A DNA stretch of 64,000 nt from Octopus sinensis (lineage: Eukaryota), in NCBI RefSeq assembly GCF_006345805.1, contig NC_043021.1, forward strand, positions 13,268,001 through 13,332,000, written 5' to 3'. The position numbers and the translations under genes were made by a program. Numbering within the stretch: position 1 is the first letter of the stretch; every line of letters starts with the position of its first letter. The notes under the pieces are model-generated. The model worked only from the letters and a program-made list of their open reading frames with translations, was not told where the DNA came from and ran no database searches. Shown here in pieces: positions 11,650 to 24,779 of the stretch.

Positions 11650-12060
11650 TCTTCTTTGGGGGCCCCTGCTGCGATTGTGAGTCCATCTGGTATTTCAGAT
11701 AAAAATTTGTCCAGATGCTCCTTGAAGACCTCCACATGCATACCTTGCAAATCTCTGAAGCTGTTTGTCAGAATGTCGAATAGTTTTGGACCCCTGAAAC
11801 CCAAGCTGTGGGTCCTTATTCGAGATGGTGAAGACGGAGCCTTTGGTATTATAGTTCGTGCCGTCCAGTTCGATGGTTGGTATAGCTTTCAATTCCAAAG
11901 TTGGGAGCTATCGCTTCCAGGACCTTCTACGTGAATGTCACTGTATATCTTTCTCACCTTCTCTCTATGAAGTAGAGCTTCAGTTCCTTTTGGCCCCTCC
12001 ACCTGTTTCACCGAGTCAATTATCTTTGTGTAGTGGTGCTGAATTGTCTCAAGTTACCCC
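11650..12060 (-). pseudogene. CR1/L2-like LINE ORF2 C-terminal fragment, decayed
   Basis: Minus-strand pieces KELKLYFIERR*ERY, KVLEAIAPNFGIESY..RTGRH and SLGFRGPKLFDIL...VFKEHLDKFLSEIPD, with stops and frameshifts, match CR1-type post-RT motifs. Confidence 0.8.
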
Positions 12061-12137
12061 TGAGGTACATAGATATATGCACTTCATACACGTATTTCAT
12101 ACATAATCACTCACATACACACGTTTATTGGAAGAAA

Positions 12138-12641
12138 TCTCTCTATATAAAACTGTAGTTGTGTGAGTGTCTGTCCCCTTCGATTTAGATTCCTAACTAC
12201 TTCCACATTTTGCGGTGCAGTTTAACCAAATTCGGGTATCTTATAGTCGTGATTCAAATCGAGCCCGTCTGGGTATTAGCGCGCGTCTACGATGAGTCTA
12301 CGATTTTAAAAATAATTTAACATAATTTTTTATTCCATTTTAATGCATAATTTTTCGTGTGTCGATGGCGGCGGAGTTGGTGTCCACGCTCACATCTGCA
12401 CCTGTTTGCTTCTCCCCTCCCTCGTGAAGCTGCGGGGAAGGGAGTGTAAGGAAATCAACGTCGTAAAGCGTTGTCAAGGAAACCAGCGTTCTTTTAGAAC
12501 AACGACTTCATGGCTTGAAGACACCAAAACAGAAATGGCTAAGAAAGCCCGAATTGGCATCTATAAGGGAAGTAACTCTCTAAAAATGCTTATATAGTTA
12601 TTTCCCTTACAAACCCGAGCAACGCCGGGCGATACTGCTAG
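12138..12641 (+). mobile_element. Non-autonomous Helitron (504 bp)
   Basis: 5' end TCTCTCTATATAAAAC follows an A; 3' hairpin CCCGAGCAACGCCGGG (12614-12629) precedes the terminal CTAG (12638-12641), followed by T. A|T target, no TSD. Confidence 0.85.
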
Positions 12642-13440
12642 TAAGAATATAAAACTCAATACAAGTGTGTGTGTGTGTTATAAGAATGACTTAAGGGCTG
12701 ACAGTTTCGTGCAAGGAACTTCTTTACACACACACACACACACGAGGAAGAGAGTATTCAAGCAGAACTTATCCGTGTCTGAGCGACCCTCAGGCGACAG
12801 ACATAAAAAATAACTGGATATCGAACAGAGAGGTAAAACTTGGGAATCGACGAAGTCAACAGTTTCGAACGATGTGTGTGTATGTGTGAAATTGTATGTG
12901 TGTGTGTGTGATAGGAATGATGAAGGGGGAGAGTGAAAAATAAAGGGGGGAGAGTGAAAGGAAGAAAAAAAAATTGAGGAAGAGAAAGAATGTGAGAGAG
13001 AGGGAGGGTGAAAGTAGGAGGGGAGAGAGAGTGCATGTGAGAAAGATGGGGAGGAGGAAGAGAATAAGAATGAGAGCGGAGAAAAGAGATTAAAAGAGAA
13101 TAATGAGGAAGACAAAATATCAGAACTTAACTACAAATAAACAAGGAGTAGGAAATTAAAAAAAGCGTACGTATTGGGTACAGAAAGAGAAGGAAGGAAG
13201 CAAGCAAGAGAGAGAGAGAGAAAGAAAGAGAGTAGTGGAACAGAGAGAGAGAGAGAGATGAGAAAGAAAAAAGTGATCGAAAAATTGTAAAGCTTGTATG
13301 TGTGTGTGTGTGTGTGTGTGTGAGTGAAAGCCTTCATCAGCAACAAGTGACACTGAAAGATTTCCTTTCGACAGCCAGAACAAAACACATATATTATGTA
13401 TATATATGAGTCACATGATTGATCCCCTTAACGCAGGAAA

Positions 13441-13592
13441 GAGGAGGGGGAGGAGGAGGGAGAAACGGGGGGAAGGGGAAGCGAGAAAGATATGGTGCAG
13501 AGAGAGAGAGCGCGAGAGGAGGAGGAGGGAGAAACGGGGGAGGGGAAGCGAGAAAGATATGGTGCAGAGTGAGAGAGAGAGAGAGCAAGAGA
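13441..13592. repeat. GA-rich tandem duplication (about 70 bp x2)
   Basis: GGAGGAGGGAGAAACGGGGG..GGGGAAGCGAGAAAGATATGGTGCAGAG occurs twice. Confidence 0.85.
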
Positions 13593-14110
13593 GGAGGCGG
13601 GGGGCGGGGAACTTTCTCCTCTGACCCAGCTCGACATTCTCGAAAATCCCTGCCGACAAAACTCCCTACATACTTTTTTTCTTTTTCTTTTCGGTTTCGC
13701 TCTCCGCCTTCCCAAAACACGGCCGGCCCTAACATTCCTATCTTATCGTCTGCTTTGCTTGCCTGCCTTCCTGCCTGCCTTTCTTCCCTTTCGTGTGTGT
13801 ACCCTTAAACTTCTCTTACAACATACCAACAGCGTCGTAACTGGAAATTAATGAATGAAATATCCGTCGTCGACTTCTTTCTTCTTCTCCCACTCTACAA
13901 CAATGTCACTCCCGGTTACCCCCACGGAACAGAAAAGGAAACTTGAACACACACACACACACACACACACAAAATAAATAAATAAAATGTGCGCGTCAAT
14001 GGGGGTGAGAACGAAGTTAATAAATAAATAAATAAAACCCGAAAACGGGAAGCTTTTAATTATGGGTTCACTTCTTATTTGTTACACAACTGAGTCAGCA
14101 GCTGAACGAT
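13590..14110. promoter_or_regulatory. Candidate promoter/enhancer-like CpG-retaining unique region
   Basis: Non-repetitive and CpG-rich for this window; GC-box-like GGGGGCGGGG near 13600 and TGAGTCA at about 14090. Function is inferred only. Confidence 0.25.
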
Positions 14111-14486
14111 TTACTTTTAGTAAATTGCATTGGAAAAGGTATGAAACCCCCCCCCACACACACACGCGCGCGCGCGCGCTCTGTCTCTCTCTCTCTCTCT
14201 CCCTCGCTCGCTCTTTCTCTTGTTTAAATAGACGCGCATAACATGCATGTCAAAGGAAAAATCGTATGTTCTTTTTCTCTCCCCCCTCTCTAGTATTTCA
14301 ACAGTTTATTTAATTAGGGTATTATTGAACATAAAGAAAGACGTGGGGGAGAGGGAGAGAGAAGGTAAGAGAGAGAGAGAGGGAGGAAGGATGTAAGAGA
14401 TTGTGAAAGGTGCAAGTGAATGGAGAGGGGAGAGAGACAGAGTAAGAAGGTAAAGCATGTGAGGAGAGAAAAAAAGTAGGAAAGAA

Positions 14487-15050
14487 GAACAGTGAAAAGG
14501 GAGAGAGAGAAAAAGAAAAGGGAGACTGAGATGTGAGAGAGAGAGAGATGTGGAGGTGTAGATGGGAGAAAAAGTAGGAAAAGGAAGAGGAATTAGATAT
14601 ATGGAGAACAGTGAAAGGGAGAGAGAGAAAAAGAAAAGGGAGACTGAGATGTGAGAGAGAGAGAGAGAGAGATGTGGAGGTGTAGATGGGAGAAAAAGTA
14701 GGAAAAGGAAGAGGAATGAGATATATGGAGAACAGTGAAAGGGAGAGAGAGAAAAAGAAAAGGGTGACTGAGATGTGAGAGAGAGAGAGAGAGAGATGTG
14801 GAGGTGTAGATGGGAGAAAAAGTAGGAAAAGGAAGAGGAATTAGATATATGGAGAACAGTGAAAGGGAGAGAGAGAAAAAGAAAAGGGAGACTGTGAGAG
14901 AGAGAGAGAGAGAGAGATGTGGAGGTGTAGATGGGAGAAAAAGTAGGAAAAGGAAGAGGAATGAGATATATGGAGAACAGTGAAAGGGAGAGAGAGAAAA
15001 AGAAAAGGGTGACTGAGATGTGTGAGAGAGAGAGAGAGAGGTGGGGAGGT
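14487..15050. repeat. Purine-rich minisatellite, about 119-124 bp x4.5
   Basis: GAACAGTGAAA at 14487, 14606, 14730, 14854 and 14975; length varies in the internal (GA)n. Confidence 0.9.
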
Positions 15051-17481
15051 GTACGAGGGAAAGAAGAGAGGAGAGGAAAAGAAGAAAAGGATATAAGAAA
15101 AAAATTGGAAAAGCATATAAGAAAGAAAAAAAAATTGGAAGGAAATAGATGAAGAGGGAAAGAGGGGGAGAGAAATAGTGAAATCCCAATATTTATGTAA
15201 ACTGGAGAATATTTTTTTTCATGTTGTTCCAAAATAAATTGTTTCAAATGAAAGCTGATGACAGAGGAACCAGCAAAGAGTAGGAAATATGAAACTGAAT
15301 GAAAACTTTTAAGTCACCAAAAACAGAGTAAATTTCCTTAAAGACAAATAAAAGAAAGAAAAAACAAACAAACACAAAAAGTCTGTAAGGAAACACTATT
15401 TTTTTCAAGGGCAAAGAAAAATCGCGTGAATTAGAGGTTGCAGCTTTCATCATCATTCTTATCGTTTTAGCATCCACTTTTTCCCCCATGCTTGCATGCG
15501 TCAGAAGGAATTCGTAGCCACGGGCGGTTTCAAACCAATTAAATCTGCCCTAATTGAGCCCTGCATCAAGAAAGGGCTCAGTGCACATGCTCAAGTGGAG
15601 GATGTGATGATGAATTCGTTGTATGCCATTGTGGCTAATGGTGGAGCCTCAAGCCCTCAATGCTTTTTTTGGCTGGGACTGGTATATTACACAAAGCATA
15701 AAACATCAACCTTCAGCTTTTGTGGAGTAGACGGCCCAACTGATAATTCTCTAATTGGGCCCTGCACTTCCTAGTGCCAGCCCTGTTTAGTGCACAACAC
15801 TTTCTACAGCCAGTTCCTTTCCAGTTGTCAACACTCATGTTTACACACACACGTGCATATATACACATCAGGCTTCCTTCAGTTTTTGTCCACAAAGTCC
15901 ACTCACAAGGTTTTGTTTGGTTGACCTGAAGCCATAAAAGATGACACTTGCCCCCAAGGTGCCATGCAGTGGTACTGAACCTGAAACCCTATTGGTTGGA
16001 TAGCGAAAATATGTGGCACATCTAGAAATGCCTTGCAATGCACCAGTGCACTGTGGGCAGACTTTTTGCAATCCTCTGTGATACTGTCTCAAGTGTGGAG
16101 CATAAGTGCCCTTAAGTTTAATCCTTTAGCAGTTAAACTGGCCATATCCAGGCTAAATATGCTACCAGATCCAGCCTATCACACCTACCCTTCAATGCCA
16201 CTATAAAATATACAATCTCAAAATTTCTAAGCAACAAAACTTGCAACTGTCAAGTCATGACCATTTTTTACCAATACTAAGGCCTGCATTCTGTTCTTTT
16301 CTCATGGCTGTGTTTCTCTCATTCTTTCTTTCTTTCTCTTTCATTCTTTCTCTCTCACTCTCTCTCTCCATATCCCTCCCCAAATGCAACCCCCCCCCCT
16401 CTCTTCTCAGTTTATTCTGCTTTGTGCTCTTCAGTTTCATCAACCCAATACAATGGCAAAATTCCATATTGAAATACCATGTAAAATACTCTGGAGTAAG
16501 GGGGTGTCAGTGGTGGTGGTGGCATTGGTGCAAGGGTGACGATGGTGGTGGCGTTAGGGTGGCGATGGCGTGAGGGTGGTGATGGTACATCATCATTCTC
16601 TACTTGTGGGTAATAAAGAAATAGGTACATCATAATTCTCTATTAAATGTGTTTAGCAGGAGAAAAATACTGAAAAACATCAATACATGTTAGAGTGATA
16701 GAAACAAGGAAAGTATTAGGTGGTCATAAGATGTGCTAGAAATAACAGTTAAATTGCCCGTAAATGACATATCAAAAAAAAAAAAATTTTTTTTTTGCGC
16801 AATCGTAGGAGTTCCTTTGTGTAGAACACAAACTCACATTTTCTGAAAATTCCAAAAAAAATATTAAAAAAAGTTGCGGGGTTATAGGGGGTTCTTAAAC
16901 CAGAATTCTGCCAAGAAACTAACTTTACAGCTAGGATAAAAATAAACAAAAAAAAAACGACCCCTTGAACATCATCACCATCATTCTGAAAGGACATGTG
17001 ACACTTGTCTGTTATCCCCTCCTTGTAGAATCGGTGCCATCCACGCCCCTATCCTAACTACACTTCCACAGCTCCCAAAAATGCAAAGGAATTTCGCTCT
17101 CACTGAAATGATTGGCCTGCCCAAAGAAGAAATAAAAGCCAAAGTATTGGCGCCTACAAAGTCGTTCTCCATTGCCACCACAGCTAGCCCCCGCCCCCCG
17201 GCCATCCTCCACCAGGATACTGAATGGTCTTTGGATGGTTGACTGGTTGGTTGGTTTGCCTGCTGGTTGGGTTATATTTAGCAACACATCCTTTCAAACA
17301 AAGTCACTTCATACACATACAGTTTATATAAAGAACATTTGAAATAAAAAGGTTATCGACCCATCACCCCATTTCCACACACACACACACACAAACAGAT
17401 GTATATCTATACATTTATACATATTTGTATACACATACGTGTGTGTGTGTGCGTATCTATCTATCTATCTATATATATATA

Positions 17482-17883
17482 TCTTTTATTTGTTTCAGTC
17501 ATTTGACTGTGGCCATGCTGGAGCACCGCCTTTAGTCGAGCTAATCGTTCCTAGGACTTATTCTTTGTAAGCCTAGTACTATTCTATCAGTCTCTTTTGC
17601 CAAACCGCTAAGTTATGGGGACGCAAACACACCAGCATCAGTTGTCAAGCGATGATTGTGAGACAAACACAGGCACACAAACATACACACACACACACAT
17701 ATATATATATATACACACACGACCGGTTTCTTTCAGTTTCCATCTACCAAATCCATTCACAAGGCTTTGGTCGGCCCGATGCTATAAAAGAAGACACTTG
17801 CCCAAGGTGCCACGCAGTGGGACTGAACCCGGAACCATGTGGTTGGTAAGCGAGCTACTTACCACGCAGCCACTCCTGTGCCT
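17482..17883 (-). mobile_element. SINE family A, full length (tRNA-like head, CORE-like motif, central microsatellite, TAAAAGA tail)
   Basis: Minus strand starts AGGCACAGGAGTGGCTGCGTGGTAAG, includes GGTTCAGTCCC (B-box-like) and TTGGGCAAGTGTCTT (similar to the CORE motif TTGGGCAAGTCACTT), and ends GACTGAAACAAATAAAAGA. Confidence 0.9.
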
Positions 17884-17958
17884 ATATATATCTATGTGTG
17901 TGCATATATATGTCTATACATGTATGTATATATATGTTTATAAATATATTCATAAGCA

Positions 17959-18015
<57 letters not shown>

Positions 18016-19047
18016 TTTATAAAGTGCAAGTACCATTGACAAATATTCCAGTTATTTGATCAACAGATTAATCCACTTATTAAATTAGAGTCATACATAG
18101 ATGCATACAGAGAAACTTGCAGACATATGCAAAGAGACAGACACCCGCCATACACACATATGTCCACAACCATACGTATACATCCATACACACATGACCA
18201 TGATTTTGTCTTGGTTATCTTTCTGAAGTAGAGTTGACCCTCTCAATATGTGAGAGGAGACCAGAATATTATGTATACAGGCTAACCCACTCCTTGTTTG
18301 TCTTATCAACTTCTGCAGCAGGGTGTGGCAGGGTTGGCTTGTCTCCTTCTCCATTGCCAGAGTGGCTGCAGTAAGTCACTGGATAGGAACTAAGAGATAT
18401 TTTGGAGTTTGGAGGGAGAGAGGAGTGGTAAAGAGCTTGCGGATTGGGGAGGGAGGGAGAGAGAGAGAGAATGAGAGATGTATTAGAAAATGAGAAAGAG
18501 TGTTGTGTGAGAGAAAAAATGAGATGAATCACAGAGGGAATGAGAGAGGGAGAGAGAGGAGAGAGGGGGAGGAGAGGGAGAGAGAGAGGTGAGAAGGGAG
18601 GAGAGATAAAGAGAGAATGGAAGATGTACCAGATAGCAGGAGAAAGAGATGCATCAAAGAGAAAGATGTATCAGAAGAGAGAGAGACAGAGAGAGACTGT
18701 ACCAGAAGACAAAAAGATGTTGGTGTGTGTGTGTGTGTGTGTGTGAGTACCAGAAGAGAGACAGAGAGAGATTTAGAAGAGATGCTGTCATGTGCATTGA
18801 AGTGTGAATGAGTGGCAACAAGGAACTGAAGTGGTGAACCCCCCCCCCGGAAAGACTTAGAAAGAGAAGGAATAGGGATAGAATAAAGAGAAAGAAAGAT
18901 AGAAAAAAAGGACAGAACCATCTAGAGAGAAAGAAACCTTTAGTTGTGATAAAAAAAATATGGAGGAGCCAAAGAGTTTAAGGGTGGGGGAAGAGGGTAG
19001 ATGTAGAGACATGATGTCTATCAATCTCTGAGAGAATATATACATTT

Positions 19048-19072
19048 TCTGTATATGCTGCTACATCATACG

Positions 19073-19103
<31 letters not shown>

Positions 19104-19124
19104 TGTTGTGTGTGTGTGTGTGTG

Positions 19125-19219
<95 letters not shown>

Positions 19220-19370
19220 CATATAGACACATGCATACACACAAACATATAGACACATATGCACATACATGCACACATATATACACATACACACACATAT
19301 ACACACACACGCACATACACACACATATATATACACACTCACGCACATATATATATATATATATATCAGG
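19048..19370. repeat. Compound microsatellite (GT)n(TA)n(GA)n(CA/TA)n
   Basis: Seen directly. Confidence 0.95.
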
Positions 19371-19814
19371 CATAAACCTTTACTGAAAACAGCCAAAAGA
19401 AATTAATGATATTATAATCAGCTTCCTTCTGTCTCCTTGAATCTTACTTTGAGTTCTATGTTCTATATTGCACCATTCCTGAAAATATGAAGTGTGTTTT
19501 ATGTGTGTGAGTGTGTGTGTGTGTGTGTGGAGGGGGGCAAGCAATGCACGCACAATCACACGCACCCAACTGGAATGCTTTTGCCCATCACTGTCAGCAT
19601 TTGGTGACTCTCGTCGCAATTGATACTATTACTGCTCCCAGAGAAGCTCGACAAGATTCCGCATTACTATGTTATGATAACACGAATGCTTCATATTTTA
19701 TATCCTGATTCTTCATCAGGATGGATGAGTGTGCTCTAAAAGCTGTGTCAGGAATATCCAACCTTATGTTGGTTGCTACACAGTTTGAGATGTTAAAATT
19801 TTTTGCAAGATTTT

Positions 19815-20166
19815 GTTGTTTTTGGAGCCTTAAAGGAAATGACTTTATCTTTGAACCAAACAAGAGAACCAGTTCAATTTGTTTGTTCAGTTTTGGAGCC
19901 TTATAGGAAATGCCTTTATCTCTGAGCCAAGCAACAGATACAGTTCAATTCTTGTGGTCAGATTTGGAGCCTTATAGGAAATGCCTTTATATTTGAGCCA
20001 AACAAGAGATCCAGTCGAATTTGTTTGTTCAGTTTTGGAGCCTTATAGGAAATGCCTTTATCTCTGAGCCAAGCAAGAAAACCAGTCCAATTTGTTTGTT
20101 CAGTTTTGGAGCCTTATAGGAAATGCCTTTATCTTTGAGCCAAACAAGAGAACCAGTCCAATTCTT
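19815..20166. repeat. 71-bp minisatellite x4.8 with 142-bp higher-order structure
   Basis: GGAGCC at 19824, 19895, 19966, 20037 and 20108. Confidence 0.95.
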
Positions 20167-21400
20167 TGGGATATTCTGTCATCGGAGACAAATAAAGAAA
20201 ATGGGGAGGGTATAGATTAAGGAAATGTCGACATGGAGGACAGGAATAAGGAGATGAAGAAAGAAAAGAAAAAAGCATAAAAATTCACAGTTCAACTTTC
20301 CGATCTTGTAAAAATAAGACATCAAGATGGATGGATGCATATATTTATATACACGCAGGTATCTGGAAAGTAAATACACACCATTTTGGAAAGACTTATT
20401 TCAAGAAACAAAATGTCATTTGATGCGTTTAAATACTTAATCTAGTACTTAGTAGACATGCCAAGTGCATAAGACAAGTTTGAAGTATCAGGCAGCATCC
20501 ACTGATGAACCGTTATGAGGAGGGGTGTCGATATTTTTGAGAGGTCTATGGAATTATGCAGGCATGTAATGTTTGTATACATATATATATATATATATTT
20601 TTTTATTTAACTAGTTTCAGTTAGTTGACTGTGGCCATGCTGGAGCACCGCCTCAAATGGTTTTAGGCGAAAAAAATCAACCCCTGGACTATTTTATTTC
20701 AAAGTCTAGTACTTATTCTATAGTTCTCTTGAGTTGAACCGCTAAGTTACAGGAACGTAAACACACCAACACCAGTTATGTGGTGGACAAACACAAAAAC
20801 ACACACATCATCATCATCATATATATATATACAACAGGCTTCTTTCAGTTTCCGTCAGCCAAATCCACTCGCAAGGCTTTGGTCGGCTCGAGGCTATAGT
20901 AGAAGACGCTTGTCCAAAGTGCCCGGAACCATGTGGTTGGGAAGTAAGCTTCCTACCACACAGCCACGCCTGTGTCAATATATATATATATATGTACATG
21001 CAGTGATATTTACCAATGGATGGATTGATGTGTATATAGATATACACAGTCAGGAGTAGCAATAGCTTGTAAAGCAACTAGATTGAGAGTAATGAGCTTG
21101 TTTACAGTAAAAACATAGAATAAATACCAAGGATTTAATATCAAGAGTGTGCAAAAGATTTAAGAACATGTATGAGCAAGAGAGAGAGAGAGAGAAAGAG
21201 AGAACACACATGTCGTGTGTGTGTGTGTGGATGCAATGGCTAATCTTCAAGTAATTCTAAATAATAAGATTATCAGTTTGTATGACAAAACTGAAAATGA
21301 TGAGGATTTATATTGACTGGTTCAGCACAACACAAGGCCATTTTAGTAAGAAGAGTTCATAAGCAATTGCAATCGAACTTTAATACACACACACACACAG

Positions 21401-21438
<38 letters not shown>

Positions 21439-22436
21439 GAGTAAGCACATAAATGTTTATCATTTGTGATACATCATTTAACATCCATTGTCCATGCAGG
21501 CAAGCTGGAAGGCTGCACCAGACTCCAGTCTGATTTGGCAAGGTTTCTATGGCTGGATGCCCTTTCTTACGTCAACAACTCAGAGTGTAATGGATGCTTT
21601 TACTTGTCACTGGCACAGGTGCCAATTGCATGACACCAGTATCTGCCGGGTTTGTGATTTTACTTAGCTTCATGGGTCTTCTTCTTAAGCATGCCGTAGC
21701 GCCAACAAAGGTCTCAGTTATTTGTCATTGCTTCCGTGAGGCCCAACACTTGAAAGAAGCTTCTCATGTGTCACTTGGCATCGGCCACTTGCCACCGGCA
21801 TTGACAGGAAATATTTCCCTGGTGTCTATGCATGATATATTGCACCATTCCTGAAAAAATGAAGTGTGTTTTATGTGTGTCTGTGGAGGGGGGCGAGCAA
21901 TTTTTTTTTTTCAATCATTAGGGTAATTTGGGTTTTATGAAAGGCAAATATATCATCATTGTCTTTTAACATCTGTTCTCCATGCTTGCATGGGTTGGAC
22001 GGCCTGATAGGGGTTGACCAGACTCCATTTGTCTGCTTTGGCATGGTTTTTACAACTGGATACCCTTCCTAAAGCTAACCACTTTACAGAGTGTACTGGG
22101 GAAGCAGCACACACACACCTTATAGTCCCCAGGTCAACCAAAGCCATGTGAATGGATTTGGTGGACAGAAACTGACAGTTGACTGTGGACATCCAGGAGC
22201 ATTGCCTTAAAGGGGGTTTTTAGTTGAATAAATTCACCCCAGGACTTTGTAAACCTAGTACTTATCCTATCTGCCTCTTTTGCCGAACCGCTAAGTTATA
22301 GGGATGTAGATTGTCAACCATTGGTAGGAGGACAAACACACACATATATATATATATATGACAGGTTTCTTTCAGTTTCCATCTACCCAAGGTGCCATGC
22401 AGTGGGACTGAACTGGGAACTATGTGGTTGATATAT

Positions 22437-22680
22437 ATCATCATCATCATCGTTTAACGTCCGTTTTCCATACTAGCATGGGTTGGACAGTTCAACTGGG
22501 GTCTGGGAAGCCAGAAGGCTGCACCAGGCCCAGTCTGATCTGGCAGTGTTTCTACAGCTGGATGCCCTTCCTAACGTCAACCACTCCGTGAGTGTAGTGG
22601 GTGCTTTTTACGTGTCACTGGCACAGGTGCCAGACAAGGCTGGCAAACGGCCACGATCGGATGGTGCTTTATATGTATAT
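22437..22680 (-). mobile_element. SINE family C
   Basis: (CAT)nCGTTTAACGTCCGTTTTCCAT...GATGCCCTTCCTAACG...GGATGGTGCTTTATATG. Confidence 0.85.
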
Positions 22681-23059
22681 ACATACATACACATACATCA
22701 GTTCCTGTCTACCAAATTTAATCACATGTATGTGTGTGTTACTTCTCCTTGACATTACATATGATAGTTGTCACCATTATGCAAGTGATGCCTTAGATTT
22801 CAGTCTTTTAAGAAAACATGTCTGGTATAGGGAGAAGACACTACTTTATTTGGAAGCAAATGAAGGCTGACGACAGGAAGAGCATCCAGCTGTGGAAAAT
22901 CAGCCTCAACAAATGCCATCCAAACCATGCAAGCATAGAAAAGTCAACATTAAAATGATGATGATGATAACAGTGATAATGATAAAATGATTCATTGGTC
23001 TAAATTACAAATCTGTAAACCTTTTAAGCCGTCAGTTTCATTTCACCCTACGTATGGTT

Positions 23060-23610
23060 GTCACGAGATATTTCGTGCAGGCAGTGGCTCTCATAACTTC
23101 TGATCTCAACTGATTGGGAGTGTTATTATCATGTACATTGTTTTGTCTTGGTATAGAAGATGGGCTACAGCAAATGTTCTGCTCAATACCACAGATTTGC
23201 TTGTCAGTTGTTTGACCGTAACCAGTTGAGCATGTCCCTTAGTGGTTGACGATATGTTCAGCTCTGATCACGAGCAGAAGTAGTTGGGGAGCATCATAGC
23301 CATGTGTTGAGAGGAATTCTTTGGGGTTTAAATAATTCACCTCTGGAAACATCTGTGTTTTATTCAACATCCTTAAACAACCCTTATTCAGGGATCATTT
23401 GAGTGGGATGGGCTACTTGACCTGAAGAAAATTCTAACAGGGTCCCACTTGGAAGGTCATGTGCTGTTTACCTTGATATGAGATCACCATGTAGAGCACC
23501 TACATTTGTGATGCATGTGTCTAGTGTACCCTTATCAGATGGGTTTACTGGGCTTCATATATTTTACTCCAGTGTCACTTTGATGTCATGCACTGCTCTC
23601 TCTCACTCAA
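23060..23610 (+). mobile_element. Dispersed retroposon-like 3' region (second copy 29413-29765)
   Basis: GGAGCATCATAGCCATGTGTTGAGAGG...ACTGCTCTCTCACTCAAT is shared by both copies; the second ends in (AAT)n. Confidence 0.65.
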
Positions 23611-24336
23611 TCATCATCATCATCGTTTAACGTCCGTTTTCCATGCTAGCATGGGTTGGACGGTTCGACCGGGATCTGGGAAGCCAGGAGACTGCGCCAG
23701 GCTCCAGTCTGATCTGGCAGTGTTTCTACAGCTGGATGTCAATAATAATAATAATGATAATATTAACAACAATAATCCTCTCTACAATAAGCACAAGGCT
23801 TGAAATTTGGGGGAGAGGGATAGTTACTTACATCGACCCCAGTGCTCAACTGGTACTTATTTCATCAACACTGAAAGGATGAAAGGCAAAGTTGCCCACA
23901 GTGAAGATTTGAACAACTGTTTTGACATGTTTTTAATAGTTAGAGGCAGGGCTGTGGAATCGAAACAAAAAACTTTGACCGATTCCTCTACTATTGGCAC
24001 CTCCAACTCCTCTATGTAACTGTGGTCTATTTTACCGACTCCGACTCCAGCTGCCCCTTAATTGTCTCTGACTCTGGACACAACGACTCTGGTTAGAAGA
24101 GGAAAAAGAGGGTGTGGAATAATATTTTAAAGCAACTGTTGAAAAGCCATTATCAACATCATAGTTTTAATCTTTTATTTTCTAATTATTATTATTGTTG
24201 TTTTTTTTACTTGTTTCATATATATATAGCAAAAGTAGGTAAAGACCCTCTTCAGTCAAGCATGACCATAGGATTGCACCTAGGAAGTTCCTCCTCTGAG
24301 GCACAAGTCTGGGTAAGTTTGTTTATGGAAGACCAA

Positions 24337-24779
24337 TAGGAAGAAGTGGCTGTGTGGTAAGTAGCTTGCTTACTAACCACATGGTTCCGGGTTCAGTCCC
24401 ACTGCATAGAACCTTAGGCAAGTGTTTTCTACTATAACCTCGGGCCGACCAGAGTCTTGTGAGTGGATTTGGTAGACGGAAACTGAAAGAAGCCCATCGT
24501 GTGTGTGTATATATATATATATATATAATATATATATTATATATATATATATGTATGTATGTGTGTGTATATGTTTGTGTGTCTGTGTTTGTCACCCCCC
24601 CAACATCGCTTGACAAATGATGCTGGTGTGTTTATGTCCCTGTAACTTAGCGGTTCGGCAAAAAGAGACCGATAGGATAAGTACTAGGCTTACGAAGAAT
24701 AAGTCCTGGGGTCGATTTGCTCGACTAAAGGCGGTGCTCCAGCATGGCCACAGTCAAATGACTGAAACACGTAAAAGAG
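24337..24779 (+). mobile_element. SINE family A, full length
   Basis: Head GTGGCTGTGTGGTAAG...GGTTCAGTCCC, central (TA/GT)n, tail GACTGAAACACGTAAAAGAG. Confidence 0.9.

Noticed and set aside
14306-15247. 313-aa S/L/F-rich ORF that looks like a membrane protein
   Set aside because: Reverse complement of a purine minisatellite; the hydrophobicity is compositional.
16773-16799. CAAAAAAAAAAAAAATTTTTTTTTTTG hairpin
   Set aside because: Adjacent homopolymers; trivial in AT-rich DNA.
18300-18380. Possible short exon ending GGCTGCA|GTAAGT
   Set aside because: Ambiguous acceptor, no informative frame and no partner exon.
19815-20166. Regularly spaced direct repeats suggesting a CRISPR array
   Set aside because: Whole 71-bp units repeat with no unique spacers, and the context is eukaryotic.
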